NCBI GenBank assembly: GCA_965248535.1
Contig: CBDFJR010000005.1
Coordinates: 288,001 to 352,000, forward strand
Length of the DNA: 64,000 nt
Source of the DNA: Phormidesmis sp.
GTDB lineage: Bacteria > Cyanobacteriota > Cyanobacteriia > Leptolyngbyales > Leptolyngbyaceae
Direction: 5' to 3'
The notes under the pieces were generated by a model. It saw nothing but the letters and a program-made list of their open reading frames with translations, searched no databases and was not told the DNA's origin. The position numbers were made by a program, and so were the translations under genes. Positions 11,044 through 22,467 of the stretch are shown here, piece by piece. Positions within the stretch are counted from its first letter, which is position 1, and each line of letters opens with the position of its first letter.

Positions 11044-11550
11044 TTATCGGACTTGCGTATAGGCCGCGTCAGAAATCGTGGGGATCTCAGCATAGCGACC
11101 CAGTGCCGACTGCACGATCGAGTAACCCAATCCTGCGAGCGTCCCTAGGAAAATAGTGTTGAACAGCGTTTGAGTTAAGATTAAGAACTCTTTTCTAAGA
11201 AGAATAGCCCCCAGACCATATTGCCAAACGACGCTGATCAAGCTCAAGACAATGCCAAACATAATAGCTTGCATGACATTGAACCGAATGAAATGAGGAA
11301 TGCTTTCGTTTCTGACCACCAGCAAAAACAGCGCAAAGAACACAATAAACGCCGTGATCCCACCAAAACTAAAGTAGACAGACAACAGAGGCGACAGAGG
11401 AAGCGCAATGATCGCTAAGAGCGGAGTGAAGAAAGACCCTGTGATACTTAACGGAACACTCACTAGAACAATCAGATCGAGCAGGGGCAAAAGATAGGCG
11501 AGGCAAGCGAAGATACGATCGGATACGGTTGTAGACCCACGCAAAGACAT
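11044..11550 (-). CDS. Tic20 family protein
   Basis: DRIFACLAYLLPL, HFIRFNVMQAI, EIPTISDAA. Confidence 0.9.
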   Translation of the reverse strand: MSLRGSTTVSDRIFACLAYLLPLLDLIVLVSVPLSITGSFFTPLLAIIALPLSPLLSVYFSFGGITAFIVFFALFLLVVRNESIPHFIRFNVMQAIMFGIVLSLISVVWQYGLGAILLRKEFLILTQTLFNTIFLGTLAGLGYSIVQSALGRYAEIPTISDAAYTQVR

Positions 11551-11621
11551 GGTGCGCTCTCCCAGATAAAGTGTTGGTTTCTAAGGTCTTTAGCCCAGAA
11601 TAACGCAAATCCTCTGCCCGC

Positions 11622-11819
11622 TCACTCAACGTCAGCCACCCGAAACCCCATCTGACACTCAAACTGATCGGGCTGCTGCTCAGTCAGCTTGCGAATGGCG
11701 TGGCCACAGCGAAGCTCTCCGTGGCTCCAGCGAGGTTGCCCGCTTTGGTCTGCCATCAAACAGGTTTTGCAGACTTTTTGGGGAGAGAGGATGCGATCGC
11801 CGACCAAAATGACTAACAT
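11622..11819 (-). CDS. Small Cys-rich conserved cyanobacterial protein
   Basis: GGAGG RBS; CKTC...C...C pattern. Confidence 0.75.
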   Translation of the reverse strand: MLVILVGDRILSPQKVCKTCLMADQSGQPRWSHGELRCGHAIRKLTEQQPDQFECQMGFRVADVE

Positions 11820-12154
11820 TTCACGCCTCCAATAAACGTTACGGCGTAGTCTTATAGGTCATTGCAGAGAATCTGAGGCAGCTAAAGCCCTAAAAGAACT
11901 GACCAAACTGACTATTAACTCAATTTTAGAACAGCTTCTAATCCGATACCGATAAGTCTTATACAGCTTAGTTGAAAACAGCCTGTGTGCTCTCTTGGTT
12001 AAAGGATGCGGATTTTGGGGAGCGATCGCTAGAATTCAGCAATCTGTCTAGTCTACTAACTATTCGTGTAACCCCTAAGCCATGAATCCACGAGGTTTCT
12101 GTAGACGTAATAAAACTACAGAAACAACCGATCGCCGAAATTAGGAGACCCATC

Positions 12155-12610
12155 ATGCGCGTTGCTTACTTTAGACTTGCATCCATATTGGGAGTTGTAG
12201 GGGCCCTTAGCCTCAGCAGTTCTTCAGGTGCCAACCATCCTCCTTTATTTGCGGTTCTTTCGGGCGGGAACGAGGTAGACATGAAAGGTATGGCTGCTAA
12301 AGGTGACCCCGATGCCTATGGGTCAGCCACGATCATTCTAAATTCAACTAAAAATACCCTTTGTTTTGCCCTAACCGTTGACAATATCGAACCCGCTACC
12401 GCCGCCCATATTCACAAAGGCACTGCGGGTATGAATGGGCCTGTGGTCGTTCCTCTGACGGCTCCTATGATGTCGCCGGGTGCTTCTAGCGGCTGTGTGA
12501 CGATCGATGCCGCTTTACTCAAAGATATGCAAGATAAATCAACAGGCTACTATGTCAATCTGCATAATCCTAAATTTAAAGATGGTGCGCTTCGGGGTCA
12601 GCTTTACTAG
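12155..12610 (+). CDS. Secreted CHRD-domain protein
   Basis: Signal peptide; LSGGNEV, AHIHKG...NGPVV, YYVNLHN...GALRGQL. Confidence 0.9.
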   Translation: MRVAYFRLASILGVVGALSLSSSSGANHPPLFAVLSGGNEVDMKGMAAKGDPDAYGSATIILNSTKNTLCFALTVDNIEPATAAHIHKGTAGMNGPVVVPLTAPMMSPGASSGCVTIDAALLKDMQDKSTGYYVNLHNPKFKDGALRGQLY

Positions 12611-12753
12611 AACGCGCTGCCTGACTGCTGTTATTAGGGGTAAGCAATAGTCTGGGTGTAGGTCGTTGAGGGATCAGATACGCTATTCGCTCCGAATACA
12701 GTCACTCTAACCAAAACCCTAGGGATCAAGAATTAAATTAGGACTCAGATCTG

Positions 12754-12784
12754 AGAATGGGCACGGCCATGCCGTGCCCATTCT
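12754..12784. repeat. REP-like palindrome / probable terminator
   Basis: AGAATGGGCACGGC-CAT-GCCGTGCCCATTCT, a 14-bp perfect inverted repeat between convergent genes. Confidence 0.7.
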
Positions 12785-12819
12785 TGTTGTCAGAAACAGA
12801 GAGGATTCAATTCAGCATC

Positions 12820-13461
12820 CTAACCTGGCTTCAGCGCATCTAACGCTAAATTCAGCTTCAGCACATTCACCCCCGGCTCACCAAACAGACCCAGAAATCG
12901 ACCGTCTGTGTTTTGAGCAATTAACCCTTTAAGCTGGTCAGGCGACAGGCTGCGCGCTTTAGCCACCCGATCGATCTGAGCCGTTGCCCCATCGGGCGTA
13001 ATGTGGGGATCAAGACTAGACCCAGACGTATAGACTAAATCTGCCGTTGGCTTTACCCCTGCCTTTTGCAAACGGGGCAGATCGCCCTCGATCGCTTTGG
13101 CGGGGTCGGGGTCACTTTTGCCTTTGATGCGGTCTAACAGGGCTGGGTTGCTCGGAGCCAAATTGCTCGCGCCCGATACGCCCGTTTTGAGAATGCCTGC
13201 ATCATCTTTTTTAGGATCGGCAGTGCTGTAACTAGTGGTGCTAGGGCGGCTATTAAAGTAGCGATCGGACGTAAAAGGCTGACCGATCAGTGCCGAGCCA
13301 ACCACCTGCCCTTGAGCATTTTTGAGCAAGCTGCCGTTGGCTTGGAAGGGAAAGACAAGTTGCCCAAAGGCAATCATCGCAAATGGGTAAATAATCGCCG
13401 TCAAAACCCAAAGCACCAACGTAGATCGAACGGCTCTGCTAGCCTCGCGTGCAAAACTCAT
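12820..13461 (-). CDS. kdpC: K+-transporting ATPase subunit C
   Basis: QANGSL, SGASNL, SGSSLDPHI, GEPGVNVLKLNLALD; ATG overlaps the upstream stop. Confidence 0.96.
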   Translation of the reverse strand: MSFAREASRAVRSTLVLWVLTAIIYPFAMIAFGQLVFPFQANGSLLKNAQGQVVGSALIGQPFTSDRYFNSRPSTTSYSTADPKKDDAGILKTGVSGASNLAPSNPALLDRIKGKSDPDPAKAIEGDLPRLQKAGVKPTADLVYTSGSSLDPHITPDGATAQIDRVAKARSLSPDQLKGLIAQNTDGRFLGLFGEPGVNVLKLNLALDALKPG

Positions 13462-13736
13462 TAGAATCTCTCCGGTACAAACATGACAAAAAATAGATAG
13501 ACAGAGAGGGCGATCGTGACTAGACCCAGCGCCCCCAGACAATAGGCTTGAGTGCGAGAAAACTCGCCGCCCGTAGCCGCCAGCACGGCAGGTGCCAGCA
13601 CCAAGTTAAAGCACAGCCCCAGAAATAGATAAAGCGGCAGTTTTTGTCTGCGCCCCTCAGACCAGATCTCAGTCACGGTCTCAATAACTTGAGCCGGACT
13701 CTGTTTAGGAATTTGAGGCAAATGGGTGAGTTTCAT
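13461..13736 (-). CDS. kdpG: Cyanobacterial KdpG / KdpF-domain small subunit
   Basis: Lies between kdpB and kdpC; two TM segments ending YLFFVMFVPERF (KdpF-like). Confidence 0.8.
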   Translation of the reverse strand: MKLTHLPQIPKQSPAQVIETVTEIWSEGRRQKLPLYLFLGLCFNLVLAPAVLAATGGEFSRTQAYCLGALGLVTIALSVYLFFVMFVPERF

Positions 13737-13785
13737 AAAGATTAATGTTGAGAGAATCACAAAACGAATGCTCAAAGACTCTGGG

Positions 13786-15888
13786 TTAAGAAAATGGAAT
13801 GATCAGGTCGATGAGTTTGATAGCGATAAAAGGAGCAATCACCCCTCCAACCCCGTAGATCAAGATATTGCGACGCAGCAGTTGGTCGGCCGTTAATGGA
13901 CGAAACTGCACCCCTTTTAACGCTAGCGGAATCAGAGCCGGAATGATTAGCGCATTGTAAATCAATGCTGAAACGATCGCCGACTGAGGACTTTTTAACC
14001 CCATGATATTCAGGGAGCCAATGCCAGCCGCCGCAAAAATCGTGGGAATGATCGCAAAATATTTGGCGATGTCATTGGCGATCGAGAAGGTCGTCAGCGC
14101 CCCGCGAGTGATCAAGAGTTGTTTCCCGATCGTCACCAAATCAATTAGCTTGGTCGGGTCAGAATCTAGATCCACCATGTTGGCAGCTTCTTTAGCCGCT
14201 TGGGTGCCAGAGTTCATCGCCACACCCACGTTGGCTTGAGCCAGCGCAGGCGCGTCATTGGTGCCGTCGCCCGTCATCGCCACCAGCTTGCCTTCTGCCT
14301 GCTCTTTGCGAATCACCTCGATTTTGTCTTCGGGGGTGGCTTCTGCAATAAAGTCATCGACTCCGGCTTCTTGGGCGATCACCGAAGCAGTAATGCGATT
14401 ATCACCCGTGAGCATGATGGTCTTCACCCCCATGCGGCGCAGTTGGTCAAAGCGTTCTCGCAGCCCCGGTTTGACAATATCTTTGAGATAGATCACCCCA
14501 TAGATATCGTCGTCGAGGCAGGCTGCTAAGGGCGTGCCTCCCAGTCTAGACACCCGCTCATAGGCTTCATCAAGCTCAGGCGAAACCTTGCCGCCTCGTG
14601 AGCGGACAAAGCCTCTGATGGCATCGACTGCCCCTTTGCGAGCTTCGCGCCCATCGGGTAAGTTGGTGCCGCTCATGCGGGTTCGGGCTGAGAATTCTAA
14701 CCCTTCGGCAGCATCGGGTTTGAAATCGACTTCAGCGCCATTTTTTTCGGCGAGTCGCACGATCGAGCGACCTTCGGGCGTTTCATCAAAGACGCTGGCT
14801 GCCAAACAGACCTGAGACATCTCTTGAAGAGAATGACCGTTGACGGGAATAAATTCGTCTGCTAGACGGTTGCCCAGGGTAATCGTGCCTGTCTTGTCTA
14901 GCACTAGGGTGCCCACGTCGCCGCAGGCTTCGACGGCTCGACCCGATGTAGCAATGACGTTAAATTGCGCCACGCGATCCATTCCGGCAATGCCGATCGC
15001 GCTCAACAAGCCCCCGATCGTGGTGGGAATCAACGCCACCAGCAGCGACACTAAGATCGCGATCGTAGTCGGAGAACCCACATAGTTTGCCAACGGTGGA
15101 ATCGTGGAGACCACAATCAAAAACACCAGCGTTAACACAGACAGCAGCACCGTTAGCGCGATTTCGTTGGGCGTTTTGCTGCGTTCGGCTCCTTCGACCA
15201 GGGCAATCATGCGATCGATAAAGCCCTGACCCGGATCGGAGGTGACGTTAATAATCAGTTCGTCTGAGAGAATGCGCGTGCCGCCCGTGACCGAACTGGC
15301 GATGTCTGTGCCGGGCTGCTTGAGCACAGGGGCAGATTCTCCGGTGATCGCAGACTCGTCTACGGCCGCAACGCCCGTCACCACTTCACCATCCGCCGGG
15401 ATCATGTCACCCGCGACCACCTTGACACGATCGCCCTTCCGCAGAGCCGTAGAACTCACTTCTTGAATCGAACCGTCTGCCAAAAGCTTGTGGGCAATGG
15501 TGTCTGAGCGCGTAGATCGCAAAGCATCGGCCTGAGCTTTACCGCGCCCTTCGGCAACGGCTTCGGCAAAGTTGGCAAACACGAGGGTAAAGAACAGAAT
15601 GAACGTGATCACTCCGTTGAGCAATCGCTGTTGCCCCGGATCTGCCTGAACGGTGCCAAACAAATTGGGGTCGAGCGTCACTAAAAAAGTCACGATCGTG
15701 CCCACCCAAACCACAAACATGACGGGATTTCTCACCTCAATGCGCGGGTCGAGTTTGATAAACGATTCGCGAATGGCTCGCTGATATAAGCCTCGCATAT
15801 CGGCTTTAGGCGTGTGGCGGCGATTTTCGCGAGAGCCGCTCGGCGTGCTGGCACGAGACGGACTAGTCGAATCCTGAGGAGTTTGCAT
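13786..15888 (-). CDS. kdpB: K+-transporting ATPase subunit B
   Basis: [17 protein letters not shown]; start could be TTG at 15909. Confidence 0.98.
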   Translation of the reverse strand: MQTPQDSTSPSRASTPSGSRENRRHTPKADMRGLYQRAIRESFIKLDPRIEVRNPVMFVVWVGTIVTFLVTLDPNLFGTVQADPGQQRLLNGVITFILFFTLVFANFAEAVAEGRGKAQADALRSTRSDTIAHKLLADGSIQEVSSTALRKGDRVKVVAGDMIPADGEVVTGVAAVDESAITGESAPVLKQPGTDIASSVTGGTRILSDELIINVTSDPGQGFIDRMIALVEGAERSKTPNEIALTVLLSVLTLVFLIVVSTIPPLANYVGSPTTIAILVSLLVALIPTTIGGLLSAIGIAGMDRVAQFNVIATSGRAVEACGDVGTLVLDKTGTITLGNRLADEFIPVNGHSLQEMSQVCLAASVFDETPEGRSIVRLAEKNGAEVDFKPDAAEGLEFSARTRMSGTNLPDGREARKGAVDAIRGFVRSRGGKVSPELDEAYERVSRLGGTPLAACLDDDIYGVIYLKDIVKPGLRERFDQLRRMGVKTIMLTGDNRITASVIAQEAGVDDFIAEATPEDKIEVIRKEQAEGKLVAMTGDGTNDAPALAQANVGVAMNSGTQAAKEAANMVDLDSDPTKLIDLVTIGKQLLITRGALTTFSIANDIAKYFAIIPTIFAAAGIGSLNIMGLKSPQSAIVSALIYNALIIPALIPLALKGVQFRPLTADQLLRRNILIYGVGGVIAPFIAIKLIDLIIPFS

Positions 15889-15973
15889 AAATTTTGGGTC
15901 TATCGTCAATAGTCAATGCGTCAGTCAATAGCGTCAAAAAAGTCCGATCCCAAGCAGAACTATTTACATTCGG

Positions 15974-17713
15974 CTAGCCAATGCCTTTGGCGATTTGAAA
16001 CGCTTCGGCGATCGGGCCCAGGGCCAAAACTGGAAAGAAGCTGAGTGCGCCCATGATCAAAATCACGCCTGCCGTGATGCCCGTAAATAGGGCTGTATCG
16101 GTGCGAAGGGTGCCCACCGTTTGAGGAACAGGCTGTTTGCGCGACATACTATCCGCCAAGAGCAAGAGAGCCACGATCGGCACATAGCGCCCCATCAGCA
16201 AACTAAACGACGTGCTCAGGTTCCACCACAGGGCAGAAGGGGCGGGCTGAGAGTCCAAAAGGCCTTCAAAGCCAGAGCCATTGTTGGCAGCCGCAGATGC
16301 ATATTCATAGAGCACTTGCGTCAGCCCATGAAACGAGGGATTAGCAATGCCGTTATAAAACCCTTGAGCAGTAACTCCATCGGGGGCACTGGGCAACGCC
16401 ATCGAGATCGCACCTGGAATCAGAATGGCGATCGGGTGCACCAGCAAAATCAAAAAGCTGGCTAGCACAACCTCCCGTTTCTCAATCTTGCGACCCAAAA
16501 ATTCTGGGGTGCGTCCGACCATTAACCCGGTGACAAAGACCGCCAAAATCAAGTAGGCAAACAAATAAGCGGTGCCTGTGCCCTGTCCGCCCCAAATGAT
16601 TTGTAGGAACATATTAGACAACATGACAAAGCCGCCGTTGGGCATAAACGAGTCGTGAAAGCTGTTAACTGCCCCGCACATTGTGCCCGTCGTAATTGCC
16701 GAAAACAGCGCCGATTGCGCCCAGCCAAACCGGACTTCTTTGCCTTCTAGGTTAGGAGCCTGACCACCGAGCAGCGCATTCACTGCTGGATTGCCGTTAT
16801 ATTCTCCGATCGCGCTTATGATAATGAAGACAATTGAGATCGTTAACACCATGCCATACACTAACCAAGCTTGCTTGCGATTGTTAGCAAACACACCGTA
16901 GGTATAGATGAATGATGACGGAATTGCCACCATGCCCACGATTTGAATCAGGTTTGTAAACGGACTAGGATTCTCAAACGGGTGAGCCGAGTTAATGGCA
17001 AAGAAACCGCCGCCATTTTCTCCAATCTGCTTCAAAATCTCAAAGTGAGCGACTGGGCCAAGCGCGATCGCTTGGCTAATCGCGGGATTCTCTAGCGTGG
17101 GCACAACAACCGGGCCCGCCAGAGTTTCGGGCACGCCGCCTGCAATTAGGGCAATGGCTCCTAGAACGCCGATCGGTAAGAGAATTCGAGTAATCGATCG
17201 CGTCAAATCCACATAAAAGTTACCCAGCGGTCTCCCGGTCAAGCCGCGAATAAAGGCAATGCCCACCGCCAACCCCGTGGCCGCTGAGACAAAAAACATA
17301 TAGCCCAAACCAGCAAATTGAGCAAAATAACCATAGGTCGTTTCGCCAGAATAATGCTGCTGATTGGTGTTGGTCACAAATGAAATCGTCGTGTGCAGAA
17401 CGGTGTCCCAGGTTGGTGCACTTAGCCCCGTTGGGTTAAAGGGCAACCACCCCTGACCAAACAAAATAAACGCCAGCAGCAGCGCCATCACAACATTGCT
17501 ATAAAGCACTGCCCGCGCATATTGCCAGCCCGTCATATTCTCTTTTGCTTGCACACCCACCAGCGAGTAGAGAACTCGCTCAATGGGATTCAAAGCCCGA
17601 TCGAGAACCGTCCTTTGCTCTTGAAAAACACGAGCCATATATCCCCCTAGAAAGGGAGTAATCACTACTACGATCAGCAGCGTTAATGCAATCTGAATCC
17701 ATCCTTGAAGCAT
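15974..17713 (-). CDS. kdpA: K+-transporting ATPase subunit A
   Basis: [37 protein letters not shown]. Confidence 0.98.
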   Translation of the reverse strand: MLQGWIQIALTLLIVVVITPFLGGYMARVFQEQRTVLDRALNPIERVLYSLVGVQAKENMTGWQYARAVLYSNVVMALLLAFILFGQGWLPFNPTGLSAPTWDTVLHTTISFVTNTNQQHYSGETTYGYFAQFAGLGYMFFVSAATGLAVGIAFIRGLTGRPLGNFYVDLTRSITRILLPIGVLGAIALIAGGVPETLAGPVVVPTLENPAISQAIALGPVAHFEILKQIGENGGGFFAINSAHPFENPSPFTNLIQIVGMVAIPSSFIYTYGVFANNRKQAWLVYGMVLTISIVFIIISAIGEYNGNPAVNALLGGQAPNLEGKEVRFGWAQSALFSAITTGTMCGAVNSFHDSFMPNGGFVMLSNMFLQIIWGGQGTGTAYLFAYLILAVFVTGLMVGRTPEFLGRKIEKREVVLASFLILLVHPIAILIPGAISMALPSAPDGVTAQGFYNGIANPSFHGLTQVLYEYASAAANNGSGFEGLLDSQPAPSALWWNLSTSFSLLMGRYVPIVALLLLADSMSRKQPVPQTVGTLRTDTALFTGITAGVILIMGALSFFPVLALGPIAEAFQIAKGIG

Positions 17714-18094
17714 GGGTTCGTTGAACTCCAATACAATAAGCGTAATTTTTTATCAAGAAGTAGGATTGCCAAAGCCAAGTCACCGTCAATGACTCTTAGA
17801 AGCTTCTAAGCCTTGAAAATGATGATTTCACGAACAAACTAATCTCACTGAGTTAAATGACTGCTTTAGAGAATCACTCAATCCTTGACAAAGCTAATCA
17901 TGGAAGATTTTGTAAAAAACCACAAGGTATATTTTTGCGTTTATCCGACTGGTATATCTGCCAAACTAGACTTGAAGCTGAACCTATTTGATGTGTTTAG
18001 TGAGCGTCTATATCTAGACATATAGTGGGGTCTAAACATCGACTAAACCCTCAAATTTAGACCTAGACTTTCTATATTGCGTTGTAAATAACTG

Positions 18095-19198
18095 ATGCCA
18101 CTGCCTAACCCGATCGCCCAATATAAATCTCTGCATCTCAAAGAGACGTGGCTGGCGGTTGGGCTGTTTGGGGCGGTTGCAGGGCTAGAGTTTGCTACCC
18201 CATCAGACTATGTGTTTGGTTATTTATATATCGGCCCGATTTTGATCGCCAACGCTCGTTTTGGCCGAGCCGCCACCCTGCAAACGACGCTGATCGCCTG
18301 CCTGCTCACGCTTTTAAACGTTTGGGTGCCCAGTAGTGATGGAGTGCAGCCTTCTATGATTGCCGATCGCTTGATCGTGATTTTGGCGCTGCTGGTGACG
18401 GGGGTTCTCAGCGATCGTAACCGTCTCTATCAAGAAAAATTTCTTCAGCAGCAAACCAAACTTCAGACTCAAGAAAAAATTGCCAGCGTTCGAGAAGATT
18501 TTGCGTCTACTTTAACCCACGATCTCAAAACGCCTTTGCTGGGCGCGATCGAGACTTTAAACGCGCTTCAGCGTGAAGATTTTGGTCAGGTGTCGCCGAT
18601 TCAACAAAGCGTTTTAGCCACCATGACCCGCAGCCACCAAACCAGTTTGCAGCTAGTCGAAACACTGTTAGATATCTATCGCAACGACACCGAAGGGTTA
18701 ACCCTGCAACTGGCCCCGATCGATCTAGTCAAAATTGCCGGAGACGTGGTATCGACGTTAATGACGCTGGCCTCTAGTCGCCGCGTGCATATTTCCTTTA
18801 GCTACGGCACCTCTGACTTTCGCAAGTTTCTCTGGGTAGAGGGCGATCCGTTTCAGCTTCAGCGCGTCTTTGCCAATCTGTTGACCAACGCGATTAACCA
18901 CTCGCCGCGAGGAGGCAAGATAGAAGTGGTTTTAGACGCAGGCCCGTCTTATCAAACCGTCAAAATCATTGATGTCGGAGCCGGGATCACTCCTGAAGAA
19001 TTGCCCTATTTGTTTGAGCGATTTTATCAAGGGTGCAGCGATCGTCAAGCTAGAGGCTCTGGGCTAGGGTTATATCTAACTCGCCAAATTATCGACGCAC
19101 ACGGCGGTACAATCTGGGCAGAGAACTACGTTCCTCACGGGGCTATGTTTGCGTTTCGTCTCCCTGTTTTGCCGTTTCAACCGTCTGCGTTTAACTGA
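18095..19198 (+). CDS. Membrane sensor histidine kinase divergent from kdp
   Basis: THDLKTPL H-box, NLLTNAINH, GSGLGL. Confidence 0.93.
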   Translation: MPLPNPIAQYKSLHLKETWLAVGLFGAVAGLEFATPSDYVFGYLYIGPILIANARFGRAATLQTTLIACLLTLLNVWVPSSDGVQPSMIADRLIVILALLVTGVLSDRNRLYQEKFLQQQTKLQTQEKIASVREDFASTLTHDLKTPLLGAIETLNALQREDFGQVSPIQQSVLATMTRSHQTSLQLVETLLDIYRNDTEGLTLQLAPIDLVKIAGDVVSTLMTLASSRRVHISFSYGTSDFRKFLWVEGDPFQLQRVFANLLTNAINHSPRGGKIEVVLDAGPSYQTVKIIDVGAGITPEELPYLFERFYQGCSDRQARGSGLGLYLTRQIIDAHGGTIWAENYVPHGAMFAFRLPVLPFQPSAFN

Positions 19199-19199
19199 A

Positions 19200-19892
19200 A
19201 TGCCCTCTGATCCCTTACGAATTCTTTTAGCCGAAGACGACGAACTCTTTCGGCTCGGTTTAAGAATGTGTCTGCAACAAGAGCCAGGGCTAGAAATCGT
19301 CGCAGAAGCAGAAGATGGTGAAACGACCGTAGAGTTGGCCAAACAGCATCAAGTCGATATTGTGTTATTGGACATTGGCTTACCCGGCATTGGCGGCGTT
19401 GAGGCGTGTCGTCAGATCAAACAGCAGCAGCCGGATCTATCAATTTTGGTGTTGACTTCTCGCACTCAAAAATCTTTGATTCATCGGTTGATCGAGGCGG
19501 GCGCGCAGGGCTATTGTCTCAAAGGCATTGATTCTAAAACCCTGATTTTAGCGATTCGCTCTGTCGCGGCGGGCGCTTCTTGGTGGGATTCCACCGCTAC
19601 TAGTGAGATTCGAGGTCTGTTTGAAAATAGTCCGGCTACGATCGCCGAACCCCTAATTCCTACCTCCACAAACCCGCTCACCCGTCGCGAACAAGAAATT
19701 CTGGCTCTCGTCGCCTCTGGCAAAACCAATCAAGAGATTGCTGAAATGCTCTACATTGCGCCAGGCACGGTTAGAGTTCACGTCCATGCGATTTTGCACA
19801 AGCTGAAGGTGCCCGATCGGACTCAGGCCGCGATTTTTGCGATTCAAAAAAAATTAGTGGCCAACGATTTGCTGTCAGATCCTCAATGCTAG
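19200..19892 (+). CDS. NarL/LuxR-family response regulator
   Basis: Receiver domain LLDIGLP plus LTRREQEIL...TNQEIA HTH. Confidence 0.93.
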   Translation: MPSDPLRILLAEDDELFRLGLRMCLQQEPGLEIVAEAEDGETTVELAKQHQVDIVLLDIGLPGIGGVEACRQIKQQQPDLSILVLTSRTQKSLIHRLIEAGAQGYCLKGIDSKTLILAIRSVAAGASWWDSTATSEIRGLFENSPATIAEPLIPTSTNPLTRREQEILALVASGKTNQEIAEMLYIAPGTVRVHVHAILHKLKVPDRTQAAIFAIQKKLVANDLLSDPQC

Positions 19893-19967
19893 AGCGAATG
19901 GAAGGGATTGAGGCGGCGATCGCTGACCCAATCCCGCTAGCATAACGACAGCGTTAGGAAATAAACC

Positions 19968-21413
19968 GTGATCAGTCTCCCTCAAAAAACCTCTTGGGCA
20001 AAGGCGATATTGCACACTGCAAAAGGGTTTGAGCGGTCTCCCCTCCCGGTGTTGTCGGGGGCAATTCCGTCCGGCTTGCGAGGGTCGCTCTACCGCAACG
20101 GCCCCGGACGGCTAGAGCGGGGCAAACAGCGCGTTGGGCACTGGTTTGATGGCGATGGCGCGATTCTCGGCGTTCATTTCACCCAAACTGGGGCAACGGG
20201 CGTTTATCGCTATGTGCAATCTGCCGAATATCAAGCCGAAGAACAGGCGGGGCGGTTCATCTATGGGGGCTATGGCATGAACCCACCAGGAGCCTTTTGG
20301 GAGCGATTTAAGCCCACCAAAAATGCGGGAAACACCTCCGTGTTGGCGGTGCCTGATGTCTCTGGCAGTCCCGGTATTGGTCGGCTCCTGGCCCTTTGGG
20401 AGGGCGGACATCCTTATGCGCTGGATCTAGAGACTTTAGAAACTCGCGGGCTGGACGATTTAAACGGGTTGCCTAAGTCGCTGCCGTTTTCTGCCCACCC
20501 CAAACGCGACGCGCAAACGGGCGATGTCTATAATTTTGGGGTGAGGTTTGGCAAAAAGGCCATCTTGAATGTCTATCGTCTTGATGCTCAGGGCACCCTC
20601 CAGCAGAAAAACAGCGTTGAGCTAGACGGGGCACCTTTGATTCATGATTTTGTGATGGCGGGGCGCTATCTGATCTTCTTCATTCCGCCCGTGCGCCTGA
20701 ACGTTTTGCCGCTGCTGCTCAAGCTCAAAAGTTTTAGTGACTCATTTCACTGGAAGCCAGAGCAGGGAACGCAGATTTTAGTCTTCGATCGTGACTCTTT
20801 AGCCCTAGTCAGCCGAGGTGAAACCCAACCCTGGTATCAGTGGCATTTTGGCAATGGGTTTATCAATGCTGACGGAGATGCAGTGATTGATGTGCTTCGA
20901 TACGAAAACTTCAACACTAATCAATATCTCAAAGAAGTTTCAACAGGCATAACTCACACATCAGTTAAGTCAACGCTGTGGCAAATTCGATTAAATCCTC
21001 TGACGGGTGACGTGATCGAGATGGTTGAATTGCTCGATCGCTCCGCTGAGTTTCCCGTTGTCAAGCCTCAAGAGGTCGGCCAGTTCAATCGCACCACTTA
21101 TTTATTGCTTCACCGTCGCGGCGTTGACTCTAGTCAAGACTTTTTTGGCTCGATCGCTCAATTTGACCAAAAAACCGGAACTCTAACGGAAGCGGATCTG
21201 GGTGAAAATCGATATCCAATGGAGCCAATTTATGTCTCTGATGCTGAGAACCCCGATCAAGGCTGGATTGTGACGATCGTCTATGACGGCACCCTCGATC
21301 GCAGTGAAGTCTGGATATTCGACAGCGATCGCTTAGACGATCAGCCAGTGTGTCGTTTAGCATTACCCGAAGTGATTCCCTTAGGGTTTCACGGCACCTG
21401 GAATTCGGCTTAA
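19968..21413 (+). CDS. Carotenoid cleavage oxygenase family protein
   Basis: YRNGPG, HWFDGDG, SAHPK, IHDF, EFP, GFHG. Confidence 0.93.
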   Translation: MISLPQKTSWAKAILHTAKGFERSPLPVLSGAIPSGLRGSLYRNGPGRLERGKQRVGHWFDGDGAILGVHFTQTGATGVYRYVQSAEYQAEEQAGRFIYGGYGMNPPGAFWERFKPTKNAGNTSVLAVPDVSGSPGIGRLLALWEGGHPYALDLETLETRGLDDLNGLPKSLPFSAHPKRDAQTGDVYNFGVRFGKKAILNVYRLDAQGTLQQKNSVELDGAPLIHDFVMAGRYLIFFIPPVRLNVLPLLLKLKSFSDSFHWKPEQGTQILVFDRDSLALVSRGETQPWYQWHFGNGFINADGDAVIDVLRYENFNTNQYLKEVSTGITHTSVKSTLWQIRLNPLTGDVIEMVELLDRSAEFPVVKPQEVGQFNRTTYLLLHRRGVDSSQDFFGSIAQFDQKTGTLTEADLGENRYPMEPIYVSDAENPDQGWIVTIVYDGTLDRSEVWIFDSDRLDDQPVCRLALPEVIPLGFHGTWNSA

Positions 21414-21778
21414 TCTTTTTGCTCAACATACACGGTCACAGCAGCGATCGCGATCAGCATCTCGTCATTTTTGTCGTTAAACTCCGCGATCGCTCGCCCC
21501 TGCACCACCATGCCACCCGTTTCAACCGTGAGGGTTTTGCGTCCAAAGGGCAACACCGCCAACACTTCAGCCTCTCGGACTTTTTCGGGGTAGGGCACGG
21601 CTACCTGCACCTCGACAATCATCTGATCGGGGTGATCTAACCCTGCAACTTCCCAGATGCCAGGAAGCGCATTGTGAGCGATCGCGTTTCTAACCGCACG
21701 AGCCGCCGCAACCGTGGGTTCTTGCCCATGTTGATCGATTCCCATTCCCATCTCAATGATGAAGCGTTTTCGAGCCAC
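21410..21778 (-). CDS. Lin0512 family protein
   Basis: IIEMGMGIDQHGQEPTVAAARAVRNAI. Confidence 0.85.
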   Translation of the reverse strand: MARKRFIIEMGMGIDQHGQEPTVAAARAVRNAIAHNALPGIWEVAGLDHPDQMIVEVQVAVPYPEKVREAEVLAVLPFGRKTLTVETGGMVVQGRAIAEFNDKNDEMLIAIAAVTVYVEQKD

Positions 21779-21827
21779 AGATTTTTGTCCCAAACGTGAG
21801 TGATTTGACCATCCTACAGGAGTGCCA

Positions 21828-22358
21828 TCAAGCAAATAGCGCTTTGACAGAAACGCTGAATCCTAGCAAAACGGCTTGAGTGGTGGCGGTCTCTGCGGCT
21901 GAAAACACCCACCACTTCTCTAACGTCACAATCATCACAAGCAGCGTTTCAGGAAACAACAGCCAAACTTCTTGACTGCCGGATTGCAAATATTCTCGCG
22001 CTTTGGCAAACAACGCCTCAGCGCTGTCGTCAGGCGATGCTACTTCCGCAACCAAGGGAAAGCTCTGGGGAAAGATAGCAGGTTCTCCAAATTGCTGAAT
22101 CAATTCAGCCGTTAAATAAGCCACATCAGGGCGACGCTTTTGTTTTCCGGTCTGGCAAGTGACTTCTGTGTAGGCTTTTCCTCCTGTCCCACTAGCGAGG
22201 CTGTAGCTTCTCCATTCTGCTGCCAGACTCGCTTGCGCCGAACCGTGTTTGAGAGTCATTCCCGTTTTTTCGATCAGGGTTCCATCGACAGATTCCATGC
22301 CTTCGGGCAGGTCGATTCCTAGGTCTGGCGAAGGGGCGAGGGCAGTAGATACAGTCAC
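21828..22358 (-). CDS. Uma2 family endonuclease-like protein
   Basis: RRPDVAY, LVAEVASP, KAREYL...EVWL. Confidence 0.9.
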   Translation of the reverse strand: MTVSTALAPSPDLGIDLPEGMESVDGTLIEKTGMTLKHGSAQASLAAEWRSYSLASGTGGKAYTEVTCQTGKQKRRPDVAYLTAELIQQFGEPAIFPQSFPLVAEVASPDDSAEALFAKAREYLQSGSQEVWLLFPETLLVMIVTLEKWWVFSAAETATTQAVLLGFSVSVKALFA

Positions 22359-22467
22359 GATGGGATCTACCTTTCTGAAGGTGCCCCTCTATTATGGATG
22401 CAGACAGGAACCCACAAACAGAAACTCGTTAGGGTAGAATCTATAGACTTTAAGATTTGTCACAGGT

